DNA of 64,000 nucleotides from Bacteroidia bacterium. GTDB lineage: Bacteria; Bacteroidota; Bacteroidia; M30B66. The notes beneath the pieces are model-generated. The model saw only the letters and a list, made by a program, of their open reading frames with translations. It made no database searches and was not told the origin of the DNA. Location: assembly GCA_965279035.1 (NCBI GenBank), contig OZ257142.1:3616001-3680000 (forward strand), read 5' to 3'. This document shows positions 1 through 12,000 of the stretch, in pieces (positions within the stretch are counted from its first letter, which is position 1; each line of letters opens with the position of its first letter). The position numbers were made by a program, and so were the translations under genes.

Positions 1-2
1 GC

Positions 3-3000
3 AATACGATCTTATCAGGTACTGGAGCTATCAACCTTGCAGCTGGAAGTTTCACTTCATCAGGAACGACTACGCTCAATGGAACTTCTACAATTACAGA
101 TAACAATAACACCGGAACAAACACTTTCACAGGCTTGCTCACTGTAAATACTGGAACAAACTTCTCTACAGCAAACAACTCTGCGTATGTTTTTAGTGGA
201 GGTATTTCAAATGCTGGAACTTTCAGTAAAACTGGAACAGGTGCTGTTACAATGAATAATACCATCACTGTTGGTGGAACATCAGCAATTACTATTGCAG
301 GTGCTGTAACAATGAATGGAGCTACTACAATAAACAATACAGCTACAACTACTTTCTCAGGTGCTGTAACAGCAAGTTCAACCCTTACTTTGAACAGTGC
401 TGGAGCGACTAATTTCTCAACAACACTTGCTTCAACTGGATTAGTGACCCTTTCTGGTTTAGGAATAACAACCGTTACAGGTACTTCAACTTTTACTGGT
501 GGCGCAACAACTTCTACTAGCACATCAACAGTATTAACTGGAAATGTGACAGTTGGGTCAGCTCAAACGTTAACGAATAACGGAACAGTTAATATTGCTG
601 GTACATTAAACGGAGCAGCAGGGACTTCTATTTGGGTGAATGCGGCAAATTCAACTTTGATTTATTCGAATGCGGCTGCTCCAATGGCAACCGGAACATT
701 AACAGCAACAGCTTCTGGCAATACCGTTAATTACAGTACCGGAGCACAAACAATCAAAGGAACTAGCTACGATATTCTAACTTTAGGTGGAGCATCAGTT
801 ACCAAAACTTTAAATGGAATTACTTCAGTTGCTACAACTTTAACTATTCCGGCAACTATCACTTTATCAAATTCAACATTTGCTTTAACTGTTCCAACAA
901 TTACTGTAAATGGAATTTTATCTCTTGGCTCTGGAAGCTTCACAGCCTCTGGAGTGATAACAAATCCAGGATCAATAACAATTGGAGCTGGAAACTTCAC
1001 TGCTTCTAGCACAATTTCAAATAGCGGAACATTCAGTGATGCTAGCGCTACAGGAACAAATATTATTACTGGTTTATTCACCAATACAGGAACATTTTCT
1101 ACAACGAATAATCCGGCATTTGAATTCCAAGGTGGAATAACAAACAATGGTACAATGACAGCTACCGGAACAGGTACCTATTCATTCACTACCAATGCTC
1201 AAACAATCAGCGGAACAAATCCAATAACATTTGGAGGCGGATTTACTGTTACAGCCCCAGGTTCAGTCATCTTTGCTGGTGCTGGCGCAGTTACAATCAC
1301 AGGTGCAACAACAGCAAATGGAACGATCACTCTCAATAGCGGTTGTTCAATTACACATACTGGTAATGTGACTATTGGAAACGGAATCACATACAATGAT
1401 AACGGAAACGCAACCATTGCTGGTACAATGAATGGAACCAATGCTGGCTCAACTTTTTTGATTGGAGCTGGAATAACATTCTCCTATGCCAATGCTACTG
1501 CACCAATGGTTACTGGATCAGTTAACGCTTCGGCTGCAGGAACAACTTTTAATTATTCGGGTGCAAATCAAAGTATCAGTGCTGGAACTTATAACAACCT
1601 TGTTTTAAGTGGATCAGGTACTAAAACTCTAGTTGGAAACGTAACAGTGCTTAGTGCTCTCACAGTTCCAGCAACATTTACTCTTGCTAATAGCACTTTT
1701 TCTTTAACTGTTCCTAGTATTACCGTAAACGGAACTTTAACTCTTGGTTCTGGAAGTTTTACTTCAACAGGTGCTATTACAAACACTGGAACTATAACAA
1801 TTAGCACTGGTAATTTCACAGCTTCAAGTACTATTTCAAATAGCGGAACTTTTAGTGATGTGAATGGTCCTGGGACTAATATCATAACTGGTCTCTTTAC
1901 TAATACAGGTATTTTCACAACAAGCAATAATCCACCGTTTGAATTCCAAGGAGGGATCACAAACAATGGTACAATGACAGCTACCGGAACGGGTACCTAT
2001 TCATTTACTACCAATGCTCAAACAATCAGTGGAACAAATCCAATCACATTTGGTGGTGGATTTACGGTTACTGCTCCAGGTTCAGTCATTTTTGCTGGTG
2101 CTGGTAATGTTACCATCACAGGTGTAACAACAGTTAATGGTACAATCACGCTCAATAGCGGTTGTTCAATCACACATACTGGTGCTGTTACTATTGGCAA
2201 CGGAATTACATACAACGACAATGGGAATGCAACCATTGCAGGAACGTTAAACGGAACAAATGCGGGATCAACTTTCTTAATCGGTCCGGGATTAACATTC
2301 TCTTATTCCAATGCAACAGCTCCAATGGCTATCGGATTTGTTGATGCTTCAGCAGCTGGAACAACCTTTAATTATTCAGGGGCTGCTCAAAATATCAGCG
2401 CTGGAACATACAATAACCTTGTTTTAAGTGGATCAGGTGTCAAAACTTTGGTAGGAAACGTAACTGTTCTTAGTGCTTTAACAGTACCTGCAACGTTTAC
2501 ACTTGCAAACAGTACATTTTCATTAACTGTTCCAAGTATAACAGTTAATGGAACATTATCACTTGGAGCAGGAAGTTTCACTTCGAATGGTGCCATTACA
2601 AACACAGGTGCTATTACAATTGGTGCTGGTAACTTCACAGCTTCTAGCACAATTAGTAATAGCGGCACATTCAGTGATGCAGCCGCCGCTGGAACCAATA
2701 TTATTACTGGTCTCTTTACCAATACAGGAACATTTTCAAATACCAATAATCCTCCATTCGAATTCCAAGGAGGAATCACAAACAATGGTACAATGACAGC
2801 TACCGGAACAGGTAACTATTCATTCACTACCAATGCTCAAACCATTAGCGGTACAAATCCAATCACATTTGGTGGTGGATTTACAGTTACTGCTCCAGGT
2901 TCAGTCATTTTTGCTGGTGCTGGTGCGGTTACCATTACTGGAGCAACAACTGTTAATGGAACGATCACGCTAAACAGCGGTTGTTCAATCACTCATACTG

Positions 3001-6000
3001 GTAATGTGACAATTGGTAATGGAATCACATACAATGACAATGGGAATGCAACCATTGCAGGAACCTTAAACGGAACCAATGCAGGTTCAACCTTCTTAAT
3101 TGGTCCGGGATTAACATTCTCCTATTCCAATGCAACAGCTCCAATGGCTATCGGATTTGTTGATGCTTCGGCTGCTGGAACAACCTTTAATTATTCAGGG
3201 GCTGCACAAAATATCAGTGCTGGAACATATAACAACCTTGTTTTAAGTGGATCAGCTACTAAAACGCTTATAGGTAATATAACTGTAAACAGCGCTTTTA
3301 TAATCCCAGTTGGTATTACTTTCAATAGTGCTGGCTTTGATTTTACTTGTAATAGTACCGTTTCTGTATTAGGTACATATAACGACAATGCACTTGCAGG
3401 TACAAATACAATTGTTGGCTTACTTACCAATACTGGAACTCTTAACAATTCAGGAAATTCACCATTTGAACTCCGTAACGGCTTAACAAACAATGGTACC
3501 TTCACTCCTGGAACTGGGGCATTCTTGTTTTCTACAAACAATCAAATTATTTCTGGAACGAATGCAATCACTTTTGGTGGTTCCGTTTCTATTGGAGATA
3601 ATGTTCAGCTGACCAATAACAGTACATTATTAACGATAAATGGTGTATTAACTGGTTTATCGGCAACAGCATTTTTTAAAGCGGGTACAAGTTCCGTTTT
3701 AACATATGGTAATAATACATCACCAATGTCGGGTGGTGTTTTGGATGCTACGGCTTCTCCCAATACGTTTGTTTATTCATCTACAAGTGGGACTCAAAGT
3801 ATTAAAGAAACAACATACCATCATTTGAGTTTTACAGGAGGTGCGACTCACTCTGTCCCTAATATTACTGTCAATGGGAATTTTACTCGCACTACATCAC
3901 CTATTTCTTCTCCCAACTTTACTTGGACTTTTGAAACATCCAATGCTTCAACTATCAACTTAAATGGATCAGGTATTTCTCTTCCTAATATTGTGATAAA
4001 CAAAGCAGGAGGTTCAATTACATTCGTTCCATCAGCAGCTGCTCAAAGTAATACACTACTCAGTTTAACTGTAGGAGCTGGTTCATTTATTTTAGGAAAT
4101 GCTTTTGCAACCACACTAACCATAACTGAAAATCTATCTGGATTAGGAACATTGGATATGTCTACTATCGCAGGACATGTTCTCAACCTTGGTGGTCAAA
4201 CAAATTCTATTCAAACGTTCTTAACTCCTGCAGGTTCAGGTAGTGCGACCGTTAATTATACTCGTGTAAACGATCAAACAATTTTTGCGAGTGTAAACTA
4301 CCGGAATTTAGGAATTACCGGAAATGGTGATAAAACATTGAATGGTCCTGTATTCGTCGATGGAACATTAACAATGTCGGCTAATACTGGTCGAATTGTT
4401 TTAGGTTCATCTAATTTGAAGTTAAAATCTACTTCAACCATTGTTCCTACTGGTTTAGGCTTTAGTGGAACAAAAATGATCGTTACTGATGGAGCAGGTT
4501 CACTTTTGAAAGAAGCTTCAACTGTTCCTCAAATTTCTGGTTTCATTTTCCCAATTGGATCTAACGGAAATTACAATCCATTTCAAATAACAACATTAAC
4601 AGGTACTGTAACACCTATAGGATATGTCTCTGTTAGAGCAGTTCCTCTTCAACAACCAAATGTCCCTTATTATAACAACTCCCTCATAAAATATTGGGAT
4701 GTTCAAACAGCAAACATTGCTATTACTTCTGCCAGCATATCATACTTATATGTTAATAACGCTTCTGAAGTAATTGGCTCCAATGCACTTTATGTTCCTC
4801 GAGTTTGGAACGGAACTTCTTTAGTCGCTCCAGCAGGTGCTTCAGGTGGTGCTACAAACCCAATGACTAGTGTTGGAACGACTTTCTTAGCTGGACAATG
4901 GACTGGTGTTGACCCAACAATTCGTACAACTTTATACTCTTATCAATCGGGCGATTGGGCAAACCTCAACACGTGGACAACCGATCCATCTGGTTCAACA
5001 CTCGTTACTTCAATTATTCCAGGAGCTGGAGACCAAGTAGTAATCCTAAATGGTCGTACTGTTACCACAGCTATTGCAAGAACAGTTGGTTCAGTATTTA
5101 TCGAATCAGGTGCTACACTAGATTTGGGAACAACAACTGGTCATAATTTAGGAACTGTTGATGGACAAGGATTGCTTCGATTATCTTCTGTTAACTATCC
5201 TGGTGGTTCATTTACTCCATTTGTTTCAAGTACAGGTGGAACAATTGAATACTATGACCTTCCTGCTGGAGCGAATATTTTACCTAGTCTTCCTGCAACA
5301 GTTAATACTTACAATAATTTAATAGTAAGTAACTCTACTGCTAGTTCTTATTCTTTGAATCAAAATTCAACCATTATCATCAATGGGAATCTTTCACTTC
5401 TCAAATCAGGAAGTGGAACAACAACTTACAATTTAGGAAGTGCTGCAGGTAGTTTCACAACAACCGTTTCTAAAAATGTTACCATTGCACCTGCTTGTAC
5501 TTTAGGTGTGAGCAGCTATAATGCCGCACATACGTTAAATATCTATGGAAACTTAGATGTTTCGGGTAGAATCGATTTACAAAATGGTGCTCCTTATACA
5601 GTTCCAGTAAATGGTAGAGCAACGTTGAACTTTTTTGGAAGTGTTACCAATACTACTGCTACGTTTAATGCATCATCGCAGGCTGATCTTTACGATGTTA
5701 CTACTACCAAAAACGAAGGATTCGAATTATTAGTTAGCGCTTCACCTTCTTCAACAGTTGGTTTTAATGGTGGTGGAATTACGATTATTCCAAATTCTGG
5801 AATACTCCATTTAGGTCCGAACATCACAATTCCTTCTTTAGGAAATGTTGGAAATTACGATTTAGGTGGTCCTGGTGTTCTTCCAGTATTTTGGATTGAT
5901 GGCGCAAACGTTACCGATGGCGGAGTTAGTGGTGCCATTGTACCTTACGGTACTATGAAAATAACTGCTGGTAGTCTTACTTGTGTGAATGGTCAAGGTG

Positions 6001-9000
6001 CTGTTGTTCTTCGTGAATCTGGTTTATTACAGATCGATGGTGGTACTGTTCAAATGAAAATTTTCAGAACTTCTACTACAGCTGTTACACATCGTGGTTC
6101 ATTTGTAATGACTGGTGGATCATTGAATATCACTGGTAATAATGGTTCTGAAAGTTCATTTTATGCAAGCTTTACTTTGCCTTATCCAGAAAATGTATTT
6201 CAAATGAGTGGTGGTACAATTACCATTACCCGAACTGTTGGAGGAACTATCACTCCACGTGGAGGAATTTTAATTGCTTCTAATGCTCAGAATTACCTTG
6301 TAACTGGAGGAAAAGTGATTGTCAATGTATCTGGAAATCAGTTTTTCGATATTACATCTACTGCTCCATTTTATGATATGGATATTTCCAAAACAGTTGC
6401 TGGTACTGGAAATGTTCAGTTAAACCCAATAAGTTGGTCTTATGATGGTTCTGCAGGTAATACTGCAGTTGTTCCTGCTCAACCACTCCGCATCCTTAAC
6501 AATCTAAACTTCAATACTGCAATAGCAGTTGGATTCCTTGGAAATAACAATAACATTGAAGTTGGCGGTAATTTAACCGTTAATAATATTACAACACTTT
6601 CCACTGGAACAGGCTTATTGGTTTTCAATGGGAATGCTGCTCAAACTTTCACAATGAGTGGTATTATTGGTGTTCCGGGACTTGGTGGGCTTACAGTAAG
6701 TAAAGGCTCTGCTACTTCCTTATTAATTGCAGGAACAATTACCAATATCCCATTCTCAGGTGGATTGAATCTATTAAGTGGAACACTTGCCGACGGAGGA
6801 AAAGGGCTATTATTTGGTGGAAATGTGATTAATAATTCCTTGCATATTGGCGCTGGTCGCATTGTGCTAAACGGAACTTCAGCTCAAACAATTAGTAGTA
6901 ACGGAACTGGAGCATTCCAAAATCTTGAAATAGCTAGTACAGCTGGAGCAATTGGCTCTGTTCAAGTATCTGCAACAAACACGCTTCGTGTTAATGGAAA
7001 TATCACGCTTTCAACTGATAGAAAATTAAGCATTGGTATCTATAAATTAATCCTAACAGGAACATCTCAAATGTTATCGACTGCAGGATCATTTAGTATC
7101 AATCGCTTTATTCAAACAGATGGTTTCCTTTCTGACGGTGGTATTGTTAAAACGTTCTCTAATACAACTGCTGTTGTTTTCCCTTTCGGAACTGGAACAA
7201 ACTACACACCTGCAACAATCCAATTTAGTTCTGCTCCAACAACTTGGGGTACTTTGGACGTACGCCCTGTAACTGCTCGCCAGTTATATGTAACCGATCC
7301 TAATACATTTATCTATCATTGGAAAGTTCGTCAAACAGGATTTACTGGTGTTCCAGCTAACTCCATAAACTTGACTTTCAATTATGGAAATCTAACAGAT
7401 AATGCAGCATATATTCCTGCATTCTACGATTATCAAGCTATCGCTTACACACCAATTAATGATGTAACGAAAGTGGATGAAGTAACTAACAACATCTATT
7501 TTACAGGTGTAAGTTATTTCAACGGTGATTTTACTGCAGGTATTCCAGCAGCATTTGGTGTAGTAGTTCCTTACTACAGTCGCGCCAATGGATCTTGGAA
7601 CACTCCTTCAACTTGGTCGAATAATGCTATTTTGAAACATGCTGGAGCTGCATCTTTAACAATCCCTAGTTCGAATTCTCCAGTATTTATTGGAGATGGT
7701 ACAACCTATTTCCACACTGTAACAGTTCCTTCAAACAATACAGTTTCTGGTTCTCTTATCGTGGATGCCGGTTCTATTTTGGATTTAGGATCAACAACAG
7801 GAAATAACTTTGGTGCCTTACCATATTCAACAGCTGGTGGTGCTGGTAGGATTCGTATTTCTTCTGCAACTCCAACTGCCGAATTCCCTGCAGGTGACTT
7901 TGGAATTTTCTTTACTGTAGATGGTGGTACAACAGAATATTACTCAGGAGCAACAGCTTTTACGATTCCAATAATAAGTGCTGCTCCTACGAATATGCAA
8001 ATTCGTTCTTATCGGAACTTAATTCTTAATCCTTCGGTAAGTAGTTCGGTAACTCTACCTAATAGAGATTTAGAAGTATATGAAAATGTAACAATTAATG
8101 GTAATGCCGCTGGAATTGCAGCTTTGAATGATGTTTCATCGAAAGCGCTTACCATACACGGTAACCTTGATATTACTAGTGGTAATTTCCGTTTTGGTTC
8201 AGCTTTTTCTCAAAGTGCTTTGATTGAAGGAAATTTAACGGTTAGCACGAATGGTACTATGTCCGTTTTAAATGCTGGCTCTGCTGCTCATAGCATCAAT
8301 CTACTCGGTAATTTAACAAACAATGGTACTGTAAATCTGAATCAAGCGAGTGATGTAAATATCAGCTTTACAGGAATAAACAGTCGATCTATTACTGGAA
8401 CCAATGCTGCTGCAACTACTTCCTTAAGTCAAATTACAATCAATAAAGGGACTTCAAATGCAATTCTCGTAAATGTTGATGTCCTTGGTACCTTAATTAC
8501 GCCAACCAACAATTGGTTAAACTTGGTAAATGGTACGTTCAGATTATCGAAAGCGGCAACTATTACTTTAACTGATGCTGCTGGTGCAGATTTCATTATT
8601 CCAAATACAACTTCACTTTCATTAAATCACATTAGTGCGGTAGTGAATGCTTGTATGGCAAACGACAATGCCTCCGATTTTATCTTAGCCGGTAAACTTG
8701 AAATTTTGAATGGTACCTTGAACATTGGAAATACGTTATCCAACAATGTTCATAATGACTTGGAGTATTCAGCATCCGACGTTCCTGTTATTCTTGTTCA
8801 AGGAACAGGTGTATTGAATGTAAACGGACAAATTCGTCGAAGTGTTAGTGTACTTCTTGGTTCACTCGATTATACTCAGAAAAATAATAGTACTGTTCAC
8901 GTATTTGGTAAAAACCAAGAAGCTGCTTCTTCTTTTAACCTCAACCGTGCAAAATTTGAAATATTAAATCCGGGTAGTCAATTTACAATGCAAGACAATG

Positions 9001-12000
9001 CATTGCTCATTATCGACCGTAACGGACTTGCAAGTGGAACTTTCGGAGATTTCTATTTGAATCCAGCTTCTTTTGCAGTAACAGGTGGTGAGGTTCGTTT
9101 TGGAACATCAGATACTCCTCCATCAGCAACAGAAAGTACATTCTTATTAAATACTACGACTCCATTTTGGAATTTAACAGTTGATGGAACTACAACCAAT
9201 AAAACAGTTCGTTTAGCAACCGATGGAATTACTGTTCGAAGTAACTTATCTATTTTGGGTGGTTCTGTATTCGATGCCAATGGGTTAAATGTATCTATCG
9301 CTGGTGATATGACTAACATGAATTCTTCAGCTGCTGCTGGTGTTTCTTTAGGAGGATATCGCCCAGGTTCTTTATCTCAAGTAACTACGATAAATGGTTC
9401 TACAGCTGTTCAACAATTAACTGGAAATACAGGTAACCTAACCAATTTTGCAAATCTGGTAATTGATAATTCATTTGTAGGAGGTTCGCTTAATCTGCAA
9501 TCGAACACTGCAATTCGAGTGAATTCTAATTTAAGTATCCTCACTGGAAACTTAAATACAGCAGGTAATTTAGCTACTGTCCTTGGTAACGTTATCAACA
9601 ATAGAACGCATACATCAAGTGGAGCTGGATATTTAGTGATGGGAGGAAGCTCCAACCAAACAATCTCAGGAAACGGTTCTGGTGTATTTGGAAACCTTCG
9701 TATGAGTAATGCCGCAGGTATTGACTTGGATAATCCAATTACAATCAACGGAGATTTAAATTTTGTTGCTGGTTTATTCTACATCAATAACAATCAACTC
9801 ACATTAGGACTTACTTCTACTGTGACAGGAACCTTGAATGCTAGTTCAATGATTCGTATGAATGGTGTTGTGAGTGATGGTGGATTGAAAAAATTGTATC
9901 CAGCTTCAGCACATGATTTCACATTCCCTGTTGGTGTAACACTTAAATATACTCCAGCGAGAATCAATGTAACGTCCAATGGTGTTGCAGGAAGTGTAAC
10001 AATCAAATTGGGTAACATTAAGCATCCTGCTACTACAGATCCTGCTGATAAAGAATTGATGTATTACTGGAGTACTGCATCAACAGGATTTGATGCTTCA
10101 ACCCTTGTAAATCATACATACAATTACATAAATTCTGATGCAATCAATGGAGTAGAAGCAAATTACAGAACTGGTCGATATGTAAACAATGTTTGGACTC
10201 CACAATTTGGAATTGCAGGAACAGTGAATGCTGCAGCTAATACAATGACGCTTACTGGAGTTAATTACTTTAATGGTGATTATACAGCAGGTGAACAAAC
10301 CGAATTCGACCAATTACTTGTTTTCTATAGCCGCAATGCAACATTAGGTGGAAACTGGAATGATGTTAATTCTTGGTCTACCGATGCTATACTAACACAT
10401 GCTGGAGCTGCTGCTGCAACGCCACCAACATTTAACTCTGTTGTTATTGCTGCTGGTCATACCATTAATGCAACAGCAAACAATACTTCAGCTCCTACAG
10501 CTATAATCGATGGAACCTTAGATTTAAGCAACTTCATTGGAAATAACTTGGGAACAGTTACAGGTACTGGTACAATTCGCTTGGCTCCAACAGGATTAAA
10601 TCAATACATTTTCCCTGCTGGAACATTTGCGACATTTACATCTGCTGGCGGTGGTACAATCGAATACTACAATACTTCAGGAACGGCAACACTTCCTTCT
10701 CAAGGTATTTATAATCACCTCGTATTCTCAGGTGCAAGTACAAAAGCATTGTTTAATACTGATATCGTTGTGAATGGTAATTTAACCATCAATGCAGGTA
10801 CAGTTACAAATCCAAGCAATCGAATACTTTCTTTAAAAGGTAATTTGATTAATTCATCTGGATTAACAGCACTTCAAACAGGAACAACTGGTTCACTTCA
10901 ATTAACTGGTGGAGTTCAAAGCATCACTGGTGCAACATCTGTTGGTAAACTCATTTTGAACGGTGCTGGTTTTAAAACACTAAATAGCTCTTTTACGGTT
11001 ACCAATCAATTAACTTACACGAGTGGTATTATTCAAACTGGAGCCAATCAATTAATATTAGCACTTGGTGCATTAGGAACTGGAGCGTCCGCAAGTAGTT
11101 ATGTTTACGGAAATCTTCAGAAATACATTTCTGGTGGAACGGTTTCACGAAACTTCGAAGTTGGTGATGCCACTACCTATGCTCCTGTTAATTTCCAATT
11201 TACCGGAACAACAAATTCTGGAGGATCAATCACCGTTTCAACTGCTTCTGGCGATCATCCTGCTACAGCAACATCTGGAATTGATGGTTCTAAATCGGTA
11301 AATCGTAATTGGAGTATTTCTAATTCCGGTGTAGGAGGATTTACAGCGGCAAGTGTAACATTCAATTTTGTTAGTGGAGATCTTGATCCGGCTGTGAACA
11401 CTGGAAACCTATCAGCTGCTAAATACACAGCATCTTCATGGACTCAACAAACAGTTGGTACACGCACTAGTACTTCACTCCAAATAACAGGATTAACTTC
11501 TGTATCATTAGGAATCTCTAATCAATTTGAACTTGCAGAACCGTTTGCGGCTGGTATTACATGGACTGGTTTGGTTAATGTTGACTGGAATAATCCTGGA
11601 AACTGGAACCCGAATACAGTTCCTACAGGATCAGATAATATCACGATTCCAGTAGTACCAAACGAACCTTCTTTCTTAACTCCAGGAAATGGTATTGCAC
11701 GAAATATCGTTTTACAAACAGGTGCTATCGTGAACATTCCTGCTGGTTATCAAATTACAGTGAATGGAAACTGGATTAGCTCGAACGGAACAGTAACTGG
11801 ACCAGGAAATGTTCTTTTCACATCGCCAGTTGCAGTTCATTCAGGTACAACAACATTCAATGGAGTAGTTTCAGTTGCTACAGGAGCAAATCTAAATACA
11901 AGTAATTCTCTTGTAATGGCAAGTGGAGCTGCCTTCATGCATGGTACTGGAACTACTGGTGGTGGAGGTACAGTAACAGGGAATTTACGTATTCGTAGAT

